A program made the translations under genes and the position numbers. From Deinococcales bacterium (GTDB taxonomy: Bacteria > Deinococcota > Deinococci > Deinococcales > JAAFIG01), in assembly GCA_043778225.1 (NCBI GenBank), contig JAYWGM010000048.1, positions 1-64,000 on the forward strand: a DNA stretch of 64,000 nt. The letters are read 5' to 3'. Each line of letters begins with the position of its first letter. Position 1 is the first letter of the stretch. The notes beneath the pieces were generated by a model. It was not told where the DNA came from and did not search any database. It saw only the letters and a program-made list of their open reading frames with translations. Positions 28,332 to 38,553 of this stretch are shown piece by piece.

Positions 28332-30893
28332 TTACCCCGTGTTGCGTAATCCTGCCGCAATGCCTTGGATGCTCAACAGCAAGGCTCGCTCGAGGGTGGC
28401 GCGTTCGGCATTCTCGGTGGGTGTAGAGCGATAACGGCGCAACAATTCGACTTGGACAATATGAATCGGGTCGACATAAGGGTTGCGGACTTCGATACTG
28501 CGCCGCAAGCGTGGTTCGGACTCGAGTAAATCTCCACCGATGGCGGCTTTGACGTGCTGCACGGCTCGAGCGTATTCCTCGAGAACCGCGTCCCGCAGTT
28601 GCGGTTGCTCGGAAAGTGCAGCATAGCGCTTAAAAATACTCATGTCGGACTTGGCAAGGCTCATCTGGGCGTTATCGAGCAAACTGCGAAAAAATGCCCA
28701 ATCGCGGTAGAGTTTGGCGCTTAAACCCGCTTGTTGTTGCTCGAGTGCCGCTAAACCAGCCCCAAGCCCATACCACCCGGGAACAGTCGCACGGTTTTGT
28801 GTCCAACTCATGACCCACGGGATGGCTCGCAAATTATCCAAAGTCGGTTTACCGGGGCGACGCACTGGGCGGCTGGCAATCCGTAGGCTGGCAATTTCGT
28901 TGATTGGCGTAACCGCTTCAAAAAACTCGAGGAAGTTTGAGTCAAAAACCAAGGCTTGATAGGCTTGGCTCGAGGCAGCCGCCGCCAGATTCAAGGCTTC
29001 GCGCCATTGCAGTGGCACAATCTGAGGTTCTTGAGCAGCAGCTACAATCATCGCGTACAGCAGTTGCTCGAGGTTACGTTTTGCCAATTCTGGACTGGCA
29101 TAACGGTCGGCAAGGGCTTCGCCTTGTTCGGTCAGGCGCAAACCCGCACCAATTGTGCCGGGTGGTTGCGCCATGATGCCTCGAGCCGCCGGACCGCCAC
29201 CACGCCCAATACTTGTACCGCGCCCATGAAAGAAACGATACGGCACAGCCAGCGCCGCAAAAAGTTCAGCTAATTTTTCTTGGGCTTGGTAAAGCGCCCA
29301 GTTGGCAGCCAAGAAACCCGCTTCTTTGTTGCTGTCCGAGTAGCCAAGCATCACTTCTTGGACTCGAGAACCCAAGTGAGCGCGGTAAATCGGGCTTTGC
29401 AAAAGCGCTTGCATCACACTTGGGCAGTTCTCGAGGTCGTGTGGTGTTTCAAAAAGCGGTGAGACATCCAGCGCCAAAAAACCAGCCTCGCGCCCAAGAA
29501 TCAGCGCTTCAAGGACATCCGAAGCACTTTCGCCATGCGAAATCACATAGCGCCCAAAAGCATGGGGGTTGGTCTCGAGGTGCGCCCGCATGACCCGCAA
29601 TGGCTCGAGGACGGCTGTAAGCTCCTCTGAACTAGCCATACCTATCGGCAACAATGGTCGTCGGGTCTCGAGTTCGCTTTCAAGCAATGCCATACGTTCT
29701 GGCTCGGACAGAGCTGCATAGCTTTGGCTAACTCCGCCTAAGGCAAGTAGCTCGGCGACTGCACTTTCGATTTTACCCGAGAATTCACGAATATCGAGCG
29801 CCACCAAATGCGTCCCGAACATTTTTGCCCGCACTAAGACTGGCTCGACAAAAACCCGAGCCGCCCGTTCTTGTCCAGCTGCCACCAAAGAATCGCGCAC
29901 TTGCTCGAGGATTGGGACAGCCTCGACTGATTCGGTGCGTAAGCGCAAATGCAGCGCTTCGAGTTCGGCTCGCCATGGCTCTGGGGCAGTCGAATCTAAA
30001 TGAACATGAACCCGTTCGCGGTGCTGCGAAAGCACCGTAAAAAGCTGATTGATTTCTAAGCGCAAGGTTTCTCGAGCTTGGGTCTGGTGATAGCGCAGGG
30101 TTTCGGCAGTCACTTCTGGGGTCACAAACGGGTTTCCATCGCGGTCGCCGCCAATCCACGAATAAAACTTGAGCGGCAGATTGACCTCGGGCGTACCCGC
30201 CCCAAATTCTTGCTGCATGGCGTTTTGTAAATCAACCTGTAAACTGGGCAGGGCTGCCGAAATTGAAGTTAAATAATGCAGACCATTGACCACTTCGTCG
30301 TGAACTGTTGGGTTGCGAGCTTGAAGCTCGAGTGTTCCCCACAGCACTTCAATTCGAGCCGTGACCCGCTCGATCGCTTCGGAGCGCTCAGACTCAGACT
30401 CGAGTAAGTTCAGTTCTTCGGAAATATGCTCGAGGTGCGCCCGAACAGTGCGGCGGCGCAATTCGGTCGGATGCGCCGTAAAAGTGCTACCCAACTCGAC
30501 TTGGCGCAGTAAATCGGCAACTTTTTGCGCCGAAAACCCCTGTTTTTTAAGCTGAAAAATCGCATCATGCAGGCTTTGTTTGCGTGGCTCGAGAACCGAG
30601 GCTCGGGTGTCACGCCAACGCACCCGATGGCGCTCTTCGGCAAGATTGACCAAATGAAAATACTGGGTAAAAGCCCGAATCAGGGCTTCGGCATCGGCAA
30701 TGCCCAACTTAGCAGCAATCGTCTCGAGTTGCTGCGGTGCGCTCTGGTCGCCGCCTCGAGCGCGTTTGGTCAGTTCGCGCACTTCTTCTTCGAGGTCAAA
30801 AAATTCTTGACCTTCTTGCTCGATGAGAACCGCACCAAGGCAGCGCCCAAGTAAATCCACATCTTTAGACAGCGCATCTCGAGTAAAATTCAT
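28332..30893 (-). CDS. ppc: Phosphoenolpyruvate carboxylase
   Basis: FTAHPTE, WIGGDRDGNP, QEVMLGYSDSNK, FHGRGTSIGRGG, LRAIPW, GLRNTG. Confidence 0.97.
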   Translation of the reverse strand: MNFTRDALSKDVDLLGRCLGAVLIEQEGQEFFDLEEEVRELTKRARGGDQSAPQQLETIAAKLGIADAEALIRAFTQYFHLVNLAEERHRVRWRDTRASVLEPRKQSLHDAIFQLKKQGFSAQKVADLLRQVELGSTFTAHPTELRRRTVRAHLEHISEELNLLESESERSEAIERVTARIEVLWGTLELQARNPTVHDEVVNGLHYLTSISAALPSLQVDLQNAMQQEFGAGTPEVNLPLKFYSWIGGDRDGNPFVTPEVTAETLRYHQTQARETLRLEINQLFTVLSQHRERVHVHLDSTAPEPWRAELEALHLRLRTESVEAVPILEQVRDSLVAAGQERAARVFVEPVLVRAKMFGTHLVALDIREFSGKIESAVAELLALGGVSQSYAALSEPERMALLESELETRRPLLPIGMASSEELTAVLEPLRVMRAHLETNPHAFGRYVISHGESASDVLEALILGREAGFLALDVSPLFETPHDLENCPSVMQALLQSPIYRAHLGSRVQEVMLGYSDSNKEAGFLAANWALYQAQEKLAELFAALAVPYRFFHGRGTSIGRGGGPAARGIMAQPPGTIGAGLRLTEQGEALADRYASPELAKRNLEQLLYAMIVAAAQEPQIVPLQWREALNLAAAASSQAYQALVFDSNFLEFFEAVTPINEIASLRIASRPVRRPGKPTLDNLRAIPWVMSWTQNRATVPGWYGLGAGLAALEQQQAGLSAKLYRDWAFFRSLLDNAQMSLAKSDMSIFKRYAALSEQPQLRDAVLEEYARAVQHVKAAIGGDLLESEPRLRRSIEVRNPYVDPIHIVQVELLRRYRSTPTENAERATLERALLLSIQGIAAGLRNTG

Positions 30894-31681
30894 AGGCGCA
30901 CCTCACCTTCATACGTTCCTAGTTCGTTGGTCTCGAGGAACGTATAGCGCACACCTCGAGTCACTTTGCCAGCAATCAAATCAAAGGCAAGCGCCGACAT
31001 CTGAACCGCGCCCTGGGCAACTTCGGCTTTCATCGGTAAACCAGTGCGGAGTTTATAGATACTGGCTTCTAAACCCATACCGATGCTCGAGTTCAAAACA
31101 CCCGTCATACCAACATCGCTCTGAAACAGTGTGCCATTGGGCAAAATACGGGTGTCAGCCGTCGCTACATGGGTATGCGTGCCGATACAAGCAGCAATCT
31201 GACCATCAAAATAGGAGGCAAAACAGATTTTTTCCGAAGTGGCTTCGGCATGAAAATCCACAAAGATTGGCGAATCCACATTCTCGAGGACTGACTCGAG
31301 GGCATCATAAGGGTTATCGTTGGGCTGCATAAAAACCCGCCCCAAGAGATTGACAACCGTAATTTTTTCGTCTCCGACCACAAATGTACCGTAGCCACGT
31401 CCGGGGGCTTCTTTGACCGCATTGAGCGGACGAATCAAACGCGGGTCGTTGGTCAGTTGCAGCACTTCTTTGTTGTCCCACGCATGGTTGCCAAGCGTGA
31501 TGCAATGCACCCCAGCTTTACAGAGTGCATCGAATGAATCTTTATTGATTCCATGTCCACCAGCCGCATTTTCACCGTTGGCAATAATAAAATCAAAATT
31601 GGATTTAATTCGCGGCAAATGGCTCGAGATTAAATTTCGCCCGGGTTTACCAAAGACATCGCCAATAAAAAGCACTCGCAC
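30890..31681 (-). CDS. ymdB: YmdB-family metallophosphoesterase (TIGR00282)
   Basis: FIGDVFGKPG, NGENAAGG, TLGNH, DFHAEATSEK, GTHTHV. Confidence 0.93.
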   Translation of the reverse strand: MRVLFIGDVFGKPGRNLISSHLPRIKSNFDFIIANGENAAGGHGINKDSFDALCKAGVHCITLGNHAWDNKEVLQLTNDPRLIRPLNAVKEAPGRGYGTFVVGDEKITVVNLLGRVFMQPNDNPYDALESVLENVDSPIFVDFHAEATSEKICFASYFDGQIAACIGTHTHVATADTRILPNGTLFQSDVGMTGVLNSSIGMGLEASIYKLRTGLPMKAEVAQGAVQMSALAFDLIAGKVTRGVRYTFLETNELGTYEGEVRL

Positions 31682-31769
31682 GTGGTTAGGCTAACAGGAA
31701 TTGGCGCGAAAATGTGCGAACAAGCGTTCAGTTGCTCGGTTTACAAGATTTATCAAGTATACTCAAAGC

Positions 31770-32666
31770 GTGAAACGACTGGCAGTATTGTTGGCAATCC
31801 TTAGCTCGAGCTTTTTGATGGTTCAAGCCACAACCCTTTCAGTGGTCATGACCGACTTTACTGGCGAACGAATTGAAATTTCCAGCACTGCCAGAATCGT
31901 GACGCTTGGCAGCAGTCTGACCGAAATAGTCTATGCCTTAAATGCCCAGCAGCGCTTAGTGGCGGTCGATGCCACCAGCAATTTTCCACTCGAGACCAAA
32001 AACTTAATGCAGTTGCCATCTGCTCGAAGCGCCACGCTCGAGGGCGTACTCAATGCCAAACCGAGCTTGGTCTTAACGCTCGATACCGCCCTGCCCGAAA
32101 CGATACAAGGTTTACGAAAATTTAACATTCCAACCGTGGTCATCAGCGCCAAAGAGAACCTTGAAAACAGCCAAAATAAAATTCGTTTTGTGGCTCAAGC
32201 CCTGTCACTCGAGACTCGAGGACTGGAACTAATTCGCAATTATCAAAAAGACCTTGCCTTGGCAAAAAGCCTCTACTCGAGCATCCGAAACCGCCCTAAA
32301 GTGATGTTTTTATATAGTGGCTCTGGCGGCAAAATCACGGTTTCTGGGCGCGATACCGCCGCCGATGCGGTGATTAAATTGGCGGGTGGCACAAATCCGT
32401 TCCAGAGCTACACGGGTTATGCACCACTCTCGCAGGAAGCCACAATTCTTGCCAATCCAGACATCATTTTGATGACCAGCCTTGGGTACAGTGGGGCTGG
32501 AGAAACCCAAGGTTTACTGCGCCTACCGGGGCTTGCCAACACCAAAGCTGGACGAAATAAAAACTTTTTGCACTTTGAAGGCAATTATTTACTTGGCTTT
32601 GGTCCACGCATTGGGCAAGCGGTGCTAGAACTGATGTATGCGATTCACCCAGAACTTAAAAAATAG
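31770..32666 (+). CDS. Heme/hemin ABC transporter substrate-binding protein (HmuT-like)
   Basis: RIVTLGSSLTEIVYAL...VAVDATS and LLGFGPR motifs; TATACT-6nt-GTG start. Confidence 0.85.
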   Translation: MKRLAVLLAILSSSFLMVQATTLSVVMTDFTGERIEISSTARIVTLGSSLTEIVYALNAQQRLVAVDATSNFPLETKNLMQLPSARSATLEGVLNAKPSLVLTLDTALPETIQGLRKFNIPTVVISAKENLENSQNKIRFVAQALSLETRGLELIRNYQKDLALAKSLYSSIRNRPKVMFLYSGSGGKITVSGRDTAADAVIKLAGGTNPFQSYTGYAPLSQEATILANPDIILMTSLGYSGAGETQGLLRLPGLANTKAGRNKNFLHFEGNYLLGFGPRIGQAVLELMYAIHPELKK

Positions 32667-32713
32667 GTTCTCGAGTAGAAAATGAATTTAGCAAATCCTA
32701 AACAAATTAAAAT

Positions 32714-32744
32714 AAAAAGCCCTACGCAAAACGCGCAGGGCTTC
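32714..32744. terminator. Terminator hairpin between convergent hmuT-like and ilvD genes
   Basis: AAAAAGCCCTACGC-AAAAC-GCGCAGGGCTT. Confidence 0.55.
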
Positions 32745-32781
32745 TCAAAACTATTTTTTTAACCCTCGAGTGCGTTACGAT

Positions 32782-34440
32782 TTAATCCTCGAGAATTGCA
32801 CCGTACCTGGCACTCGAAACCTGCTTGGCATATCGTGCAAATAGCCCAGTCTTGAACTCGAGTTCTGGCGCAACCCAACTTTTGGCTCGAGCCGCCAAGG
32901 TTGCTTCGTCTACCCGCACCTCCAGTAAACCTGTATCGCAATTGATATGGATAATATCGCCTTCATGCACATGGGCAATCGTGCCGCCAACTTGGGCTTC
33001 TGGCGACACATGACCAATCATCAAGCCTTTTGTACCGCCACTAAAACGCCCGTCTGTGACCAGCGCCACAAATTCACCAATGCCTTCGCCAACAATCGCA
33101 CTGGTCACACTTAACATCTCGGGCATTCCCGGTGCGCCTTTTGGTCCGACGTAGCGAATAACCACCACATCGCCATGGTTAATTTGTTTATGCAGCACAG
33201 CTTTCATGGCGGCTTGTTCGGTATCAAAAACCCGAGCCGGACCAGTGTGTTCGTGGCGCTCCGTGCCAGCCAGTTTTAAGACCGCGCCGTCGGTGGCAAG
33301 GTTGCCGTGCAGCACCAGCAAACCGCCTGTAGGCTTAAAGGCATTTTCTCGAGTCACCACGACTTGCTGACCGGGCGTTTCGGTCACACCCTCGACTTCT
33401 TGTGTCAAAGTTTTACCCGTAATCGTCTGTTGGTTGCCATCAATCATGCCGCCGTCTATTAAATTCTTAATAATCAGCGGAATCCCGCCAGCCTCCCAGA
33501 GTTCCCACGCGGTGTAGACACCCCAAGGGCGCATATTGGCAATTACGGGGGTGCGCCTCGAGACATCATCAAAATCTTGTAACTCGAGGTGAATATCTGC
33601 TTCTCGAGCAATTGCCATTAAGTGCAGTACGGCATTGGTGCTGCCGCCTGTAGCCGAAACGGCGGCAATGGCGTTTAAGAAACTCTGGCGGGTCAAAAAA
33701 TCCTTGGGTTTACGGTTGTGCTTAATCGCGTCCATCAAGACATGACCCGCTTTTCGGGTGGCTTCTTTTTTCTCTGGCGCGGTGGCGGGAATACTGTTGT
33801 AGCCGACGGGCGATAAGCCCAGCACCTCGAGCGCCATGCTCATGGTGTTGGCGGTGTACTGCCCACCACACGCCCCAGCCCCCGGAATGGCGACCCGTTC
33901 AACCGCATCGAGTTCGGCATCGGTAATTTTACCAGCCGCGTGCTGTCCGACGGCTTCAAAGACACTGACCACAGTTAGGTTTTTATCGCCCAAGCGCCCC
34001 GGCGCGATGCTCCCACCGTACAAGACAAGCCCCGGGACATTAGCGCGAATAAGTCCCATCGCACCGCCCGGATTGGTTTTATCGCACGCCACCAGTGCCA
34101 CCATCGCGTCGTACATATAGCCTTGGGCGACAATCTCGACACAATCAGCAATTAACTCCCTCGAGACCAGACTGGCTCGCATTCCCGGTGTTCCCATGCT
34201 GATACCATCCGAAATAGCGGGCGCACCAAATTCAAACGGATGAATTCCAGCTTCTTTACAGCCAATTTTGAGGTCTTCGGCTAAATCGCGTAAATGGAAA
34301 TTACATGGCATTCCTTCTGTCCACGTGTTGATAATCCCGACCCACGGAATCTTAAATTCGGCATCGCCAATACCAATGGCACGGAGCATGGCTCGAGCGG
34401 GGGCTTGTTGTGGTCCTTGTTTGATGGTGTCGCTTTTCAC
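32782..34440 (-). CDS. ilvD: Dihydroxy-acid dehydratase
   Basis: [47 protein letters not shown]. Confidence 0.97.
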   Translation of the reverse strand: MKSDTIKQGPQQAPARAMLRAIGIGDAEFKIPWVGIINTWTEGMPCNFHLRDLAEDLKIGCKEAGIHPFEFGAPAISDGISMGTPGMRASLVSRELIADCVEIVAQGYMYDAMVALVACDKTNPGGAMGLIRANVPGLVLYGGSIAPGRLGDKNLTVVSVFEAVGQHAAGKITDAELDAVERVAIPGAGACGGQYTANTMSMALEVLGLSPVGYNSIPATAPEKKEATRKAGHVLMDAIKHNRKPKDFLTRQSFLNAIAAVSATGGSTNAVLHLMAIAREADIHLELQDFDDVSRRTPVIANMRPWGVYTAWELWEAGGIPLIIKNLIDGGMIDGNQQTITGKTLTQEVEGVTETPGQQVVVTRENAFKPTGGLLVLHGNLATDGAVLKLAGTERHEHTGPARVFDTEQAAMKAVLHKQINHGDVVVIRYVGPKGAPGMPEMLSVTSAIVGEGIGEFVALVTDGRFSGGTKGLMIGHVSPEAQVGGTIAHVHEGDIIHINCDTGLLEVRVDEATLAARAKSWVAPELEFKTGLFARYAKQVSSARYGAILED

Positions 34441-34471
34441 GCTGGGTATTCTAACAGGCTAGACTAGGCTG

Positions 34472-35146
34472 GTGAATATCCAGCGCCTGACCCTCGAGAC
34501 GAATAACTTAGAAACCATGAAAGATTTTTACAGTCGTATTCTCGAGTTACCCACAAGGCTCGAGAATGGTATTTTATACATTCAGATTGGCAGTAGCGAA
34601 CTGGTCTTTCTCGAGAACCCACAAACAAAGGCTCGATACCATTTTGCTTTCAACATCCCCGAACAGCAAATAGACCAAGGTATTCAATGGCTCGAAGCTC
34701 GAGTACCACTTATTCTCGAGAATGGCACTAAAAAAGTGGATTTCCCAAATTGGAACGCCTACGCGGTTTACTTCGCTGACCCTGCTGGGAATATCCTCGA
34801 ATTGATAGCTCGACGCGAATTGACCCATTCAGAAATAATCCCCTTTGATTCGAGTGGTTTATTGAATATTTCAGAAATTGGTATTTCAGTACCAGATGCA
34901 ACAGTTTTTGCAAATTGGACAGAAGAAATTTTAGGCATAACCAGATACCGCACTGGCTCGAGTAGCTTTACATCAATCGGAGATGCAAATGGGTTAATCA
35001 TTGCGGTTTCTATTGGGCGCGAATGGCATCCGAATACAGGAATTCTTGCCGAACCGTTTTACACAAAAATCGAATTTGTGGGCGAAGAAAGCCCCATCTC
35101 TGGGGTTCAGTATTTGGATTTACCGTACTTCTTCTCGAGGGTCTGA
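34472..35146 (+). CDS. VOC/glyoxalase family protein
   Basis: YHFAFNIP...W...YFADPAGNILELIAR. Confidence 0.85.
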   Translation: MNIQRLTLETNNLETMKDFYSRILELPTRLENGILYIQIGSSELVFLENPQTKARYHFAFNIPEQQIDQGIQWLEARVPLILENGTKKVDFPNWNAYAVYFADPAGNILELIARRELTHSEIIPFDSSGLLNISEIGISVPDATVFANWTEEILGITRYRTGSSSFTSIGDANGLIIAVSIGREWHPNTGILAEPFYTKIEFVGEESPISGVQYLDLPYFFSRV

Positions 35147-35168
35147 CAAAAGCGTGTACAATGCCAGA

Positions 35169-36383
35169 ATGCTCAAAGGTCTGCATCTCAAAAATTTTAA
35201 GTCATGGCGCGAAGCGAACGTAACTTTAGCGCCAATTACAGGTTTTTTTGGAGCAAACAGCAGTGGCAAAAGCAGCTTATTGCAAGCGCTTTTACTGATG
35301 AAACAGACAGTAGAAAGTTCTGACCAGCAGCAATTATTCGATTTTGGTAATGAAAAGACGTATGTTGACTTAGGTTCTTACAAGAATATTATTTTTCAAG
35401 CTCAATTTCAGCAAAAGTTAAGTCTAGGATTAAAATTTCAACATAAAGATAATAATTTTTATTTAGGTACTACGGTTGGATTTGATAAAGAGAATCAGGA
35501 TTCTGTTATTAGTTATGGTGTATTTTTTGAGTTAGATGGGATAATCGTAGATAGTAGTCCAAATACAAAAAATGGTAAGTTTTATAGTGCTTATGATGAA
35601 AAAAATACGCATGATCCAAAAGGAATAATTTGGAAAGTAGACCTATTTTTTGAACATACTTTGTCAAATCTTCGGTATGTTGGACCTTTGCGTGAACCCC
35701 CGAAAAGAACCTATCTCTGGTCTGGGTCTGCACCTTCTAACGTTGGTAAATCTGGCGAAAATACTGTTGCTGCACTACTCGCGGCTCGAGCCAAAGGTAC
35801 TCTGGTCAATGGTCAACCGCTCGAGGTGGTGATTTCCGAAAAACTCCAACAACTTGGATTAATTCATTCTTTTCGGCTCGAGGAACTGCGCGAAGGTACA
35901 AATATCTTTCGGGTGTTGTTACAACTGACTCCCGAATCGCCCGAAGTTTCGCTGACCGATGTGGGCTTTGGTGTTTCGCAGCTTTTGCCTGTGCTGGTAC
36001 TGCTTTATTATGTGCCAGAAGGCAGCACGATTATTCTTGAGCAGCCAGAATTGCATTTGCATCCGAGTGTCCAATCGGGTTTGGCAGATATTCTCATAGA
36101 TGCCCATAAAACCCGTGGGGTACAGATTTTGCTCGAGAGTCATTCGGAGCATTTGTTGCAGCGTTTGCAGCGCCGAATTGCCGAAGAAAGCATCACACCT
36201 GAAGATGTAAAATTATACTTTTGTTCGCTCGAGCATGGTGAATCAAAACTAACGCCGCTCGAATTGGACGAGTATGGCAATATCCATAATTACCCTAAGG
36301 ATTTTTTCGGAGACCGATTTGATGAAGTTGCTGCAACAGCCGAAGCTGGGATTAAACGCCGATTGGATCTCGTGGGTACTTAA
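35169..36383 (+). CDS. AAA/ABC-type ATPase with DUF3696-like C-terminus
   Basis: NFKSW, GANSSGKS, DVGFGVSQLLP, EQPELHLHP, ESHSEH; TACAAT-6nt-ATG. Confidence 0.88.
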   Translation: MLKGLHLKNFKSWREANVTLAPITGFFGANSSGKSSLLQALLLMKQTVESSDQQQLFDFGNEKTYVDLGSYKNIIFQAQFQQKLSLGLKFQHKDNNFYLGTTVGFDKENQDSVISYGVFFELDGIIVDSSPNTKNGKFYSAYDEKNTHDPKGIIWKVDLFFEHTLSNLRYVGPLREPPKRTYLWSGSAPSNVGKSGENTVAALLAARAKGTLVNGQPLEVVISEKLQQLGLIHSFRLEELREGTNIFRVLLQLTPESPEVSLTDVGFGVSQLLPVLVLLYYVPEGSTIILEQPELHLHPSVQSGLADILIDAHKTRGVQILLESHSEHLLQRLQRRIAEESITPEDVKLYFCSLEHGESKLTPLELDEYGNIHNYPKDFFGDRFDEVAATAEAGIKRRLDLVGT

Positions 36384-36898
36384 TGCCAGCTTTTGTGGTA
36401 GATGACAATTTGCTGATTGTGGCAGAAAAAGCGGTTGCTGATGAACATACTTCCGAAACTTGTCGGCAAAATTGTATTTATGCTTTGCGGCAAGCTCAAA
36501 AAAATGTAGTCGTGCTGGATAAATCCGATCAAATTCTAGCTGGTTATCTTCAAAAACTTCGACCGCTGCGTAAGGGTTTAGCAGGCTCAGAATTTTTAAT
36601 CTGGTTGCTGCAAAATCAGTATCATCCAAGTTATTGCGAACGGGTAGCAATTACGCCACTCAATGATAGTTTTGCAGAAGTACCACCTGAGATTAGAGAA
36701 AAGAGCGCATCTGGACAGCGTTTTGACCGTAAGGATCACAAATGGTTGGCTGTGGCTCGAGCTAGTGCAAACAGCCCTGTAATTTTGAATGCAACGGATA
36801 CGGACTGGCGTGATTGGTTGGGGTTACTCGGGCAGAATGATTTTTTGATTCGGTTTGTCTGTCCAGAATTGATGGTTACTGATGCTAAACCAGCTTAA
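36383..36898 (+). CDS. PIN-like hypothetical protein partnering the ATPase
   Basis: VVDDNLLIVA N-terminus and D.KD.KWLAVA...NATDTDW acidic motifs; TAATG coupling. Confidence 0.6.
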   Translation: MPAFVVDDNLLIVAEKAVADEHTSETCRQNCIYALRQAQKNVVVLDKSDQILAGYLQKLRPLRKGLAGSEFLIWLLQNQYHPSYCERVAITPLNDSFAEVPPEIREKSASGQRFDRKDHKWLAVARASANSPVILNATDTDWRDWLGLLGQNDFLIRFVCPELMVTDAKPA

Positions 36899-38540
36899 AA
36901 CGCAACTCGAGGACAGCAAAGCGCCGTTTTTACTGGCGGTGTCTGGTGGGCGTGACTCAATGGCATTACTGCATTTAGCTCATGCCGCTAAGCTCGAGAT
37001 TTGTGTGGCGCACCTTGACCATACCCTGCGTGAAAACTCGAGCCTCGATGCAGAATTTGTCCGAGAAGTCTGTGCAGGACTCGAGATACCTTTTTTTTCG
37101 GAAACCATTGCAGTCTCGAGCATTGCCACCAAACGCGGCTGGTCGCTCGAGGAAGCCGCCCGAAATGTGCGCTATGAATTTCTGTCTCGAGTTGCCAAGA
37201 AAAATAGCTGCCAAACAATCCTAACCGCTCATACGCTCGAGGACAATGCTGAAACGATTTTAATGCAACTGCTGCGCGGTACAGCCAAGGCGACTGGCAT
37301 ACCGCCACAAAATGGACGAGTGTTCCGACCGCTACTGGGGATTTCAAAAACAGAACTCGAGACTTATTTGCTCGAGCATGGTCTAACTTGGCGTGAAGAC
37401 CCTAGCAACACCAGCCCCCAATTTACCCGAAACTGGGTGCGTCTTGAGATTCTGCCGCGCTTAACCGAACGTTTTCCCAACACTGTTCAACGCCTTGCAA
37501 GATACGCCACAATTTCGAGGGATGAAGACACGTTTCTCGAGCAGCTTTCGACAATTCCAGTCTGGACTGACCTACGACTCGAGCAAAAAGCCATTCAACG
37601 CCGTGTGATTCGTAAAATCCTTGAGCAAAGTGGTGTGCCAATAGATTATACCCACATTGAGAGCCTTAGAACTGCCCTCGAGCAATCGCAGACCACCAGA
37701 ATTTCATTGCCCAATGATTTTGTGGGTCTTGTCCAAAACGGTAAAATCAATATCCATCCATCAACCGTAGGGGCGACCCTTGTGGTCGCCCTGCTCAATT
37801 CAAATGCTGTTACAGGGCGGGTACAAGACCCGCCCCTACAAAATCAGGGGTTTGAATCAGCGCTCGAGTTGGCGCAAAAGGCTTTTCCAAATGCGGTTTT
37901 GCGTATCCGAGAAAACGGCGATTTTATAACTTTGTCTGGTGGCACAAAAAAACTTTCTCAAGTCCTGATTGACCGTAAAATTACTCGAGAAATCCGCGAC
38001 CACATTCGGGTGTTGGCGATTGGGCAAAAAATTGTTTTTGTCGGTCTCGAGCCACCACTTTTGGATGCCAGTTTGCCAGCCCCCAAAGACCCCGAACTCG
38101 AGGCAATGAAAGTGGCAATACAACAAGCCCAAATCGCGGCAACTCTGGGCGAAGTGCCAGTTGGGGCGGTCATTTTGTACAACAACTCAGTGATTGCCAA
38201 AGCCCACAACCAATCTCGAGCTTTATCCGACATGACCCAACACGCTGAAATTGAGGTTCTACGGACGGCGGCTCGAGTTTTGAAGACACCATACCTGACC
38301 GATTGTACTCTGGTCGTCACGCTCGAGCCATGCCTGATGTGCCTTGGTGCAGCCCTTGAAGCTCGGGTGGGGCGGATTGTTTTTGCGGCTCGCAATCCAA
38401 AGAGCGGTGCATTAGGCAGTGTTTTGGATGCGACTCGAGCCAATTGGAATCATGGCTTTACGGTGCGAACGGGTTTACTCGAGCAAAAAGCACAATTGTT
38501 GTTAAGCACTTTTTTCTCGAGCAAACGCGACAAACCGTAG
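36882..38540 (+). CDS. tilS: tRNA(Ile)-lysidine synthetase fused to TadA-like tRNA adenosine deaminase
   Basis: AVSGGRDS, EEAARNVRY, TAHTLED, RPLL; C-terminal EVPVGAVI...HAE...TLEPCLMC. Confidence 0.93.
   Translation: MLNQLKTQLEDSKAPFLLAVSGGRDSMALLHLAHAAKLEICVAHLDHTLRENSSLDAEFVREVCAGLEIPFFSETIAVSSIATKRGWSLEEAARNVRYEFLSRVAKKNSCQTILTAHTLEDNAETILMQLLRGTAKATGIPPQNGRVFRPLLGISKTELETYLLEHGLTWREDPSNTSPQFTRNWVRLEILPRLTERFPNTVQRLARYATISRDEDTFLEQLSTIPVWTDLRLEQKAIQRRVIRKILEQSGVPIDYTHIESLRTALEQSQTTRISLPNDFVGLVQNGKINIHPSTVGATLVVALLNSNAVTGRVQDPPLQNQGFESALELAQKAFPNAVLRIRENGDFITLSGGTKKLSQVLIDRKITREIRDHIRVLAIGQKIVFVGLEPPLLDASLPAPKDPELEAMKVAIQQAQIAATLGEVPVGAVILYNNSVIAKAHNQSRALSDMTQHAEIEVLRTAARVLKTPYLTDCTLVVTLEPCLMCLGAALEARVGRIVFAARNPKSGALGSVLDATRANWNHGFTVRTGLLEQKAQLLLSTFFSSKRDKP
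37767..37839. repeat. REPIN: two inverted GTAG-type REP palindromes inside tilS-tadA
   Basis: GTAGGGGCGACCCTTGTGGTCGCCCTG (+) and GTAGGGGCGGGTCTTGTACCCGCCCTG (-). Confidence 0.8.
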
Positions 38541-38553
38541 CCTCGCTCTGATT

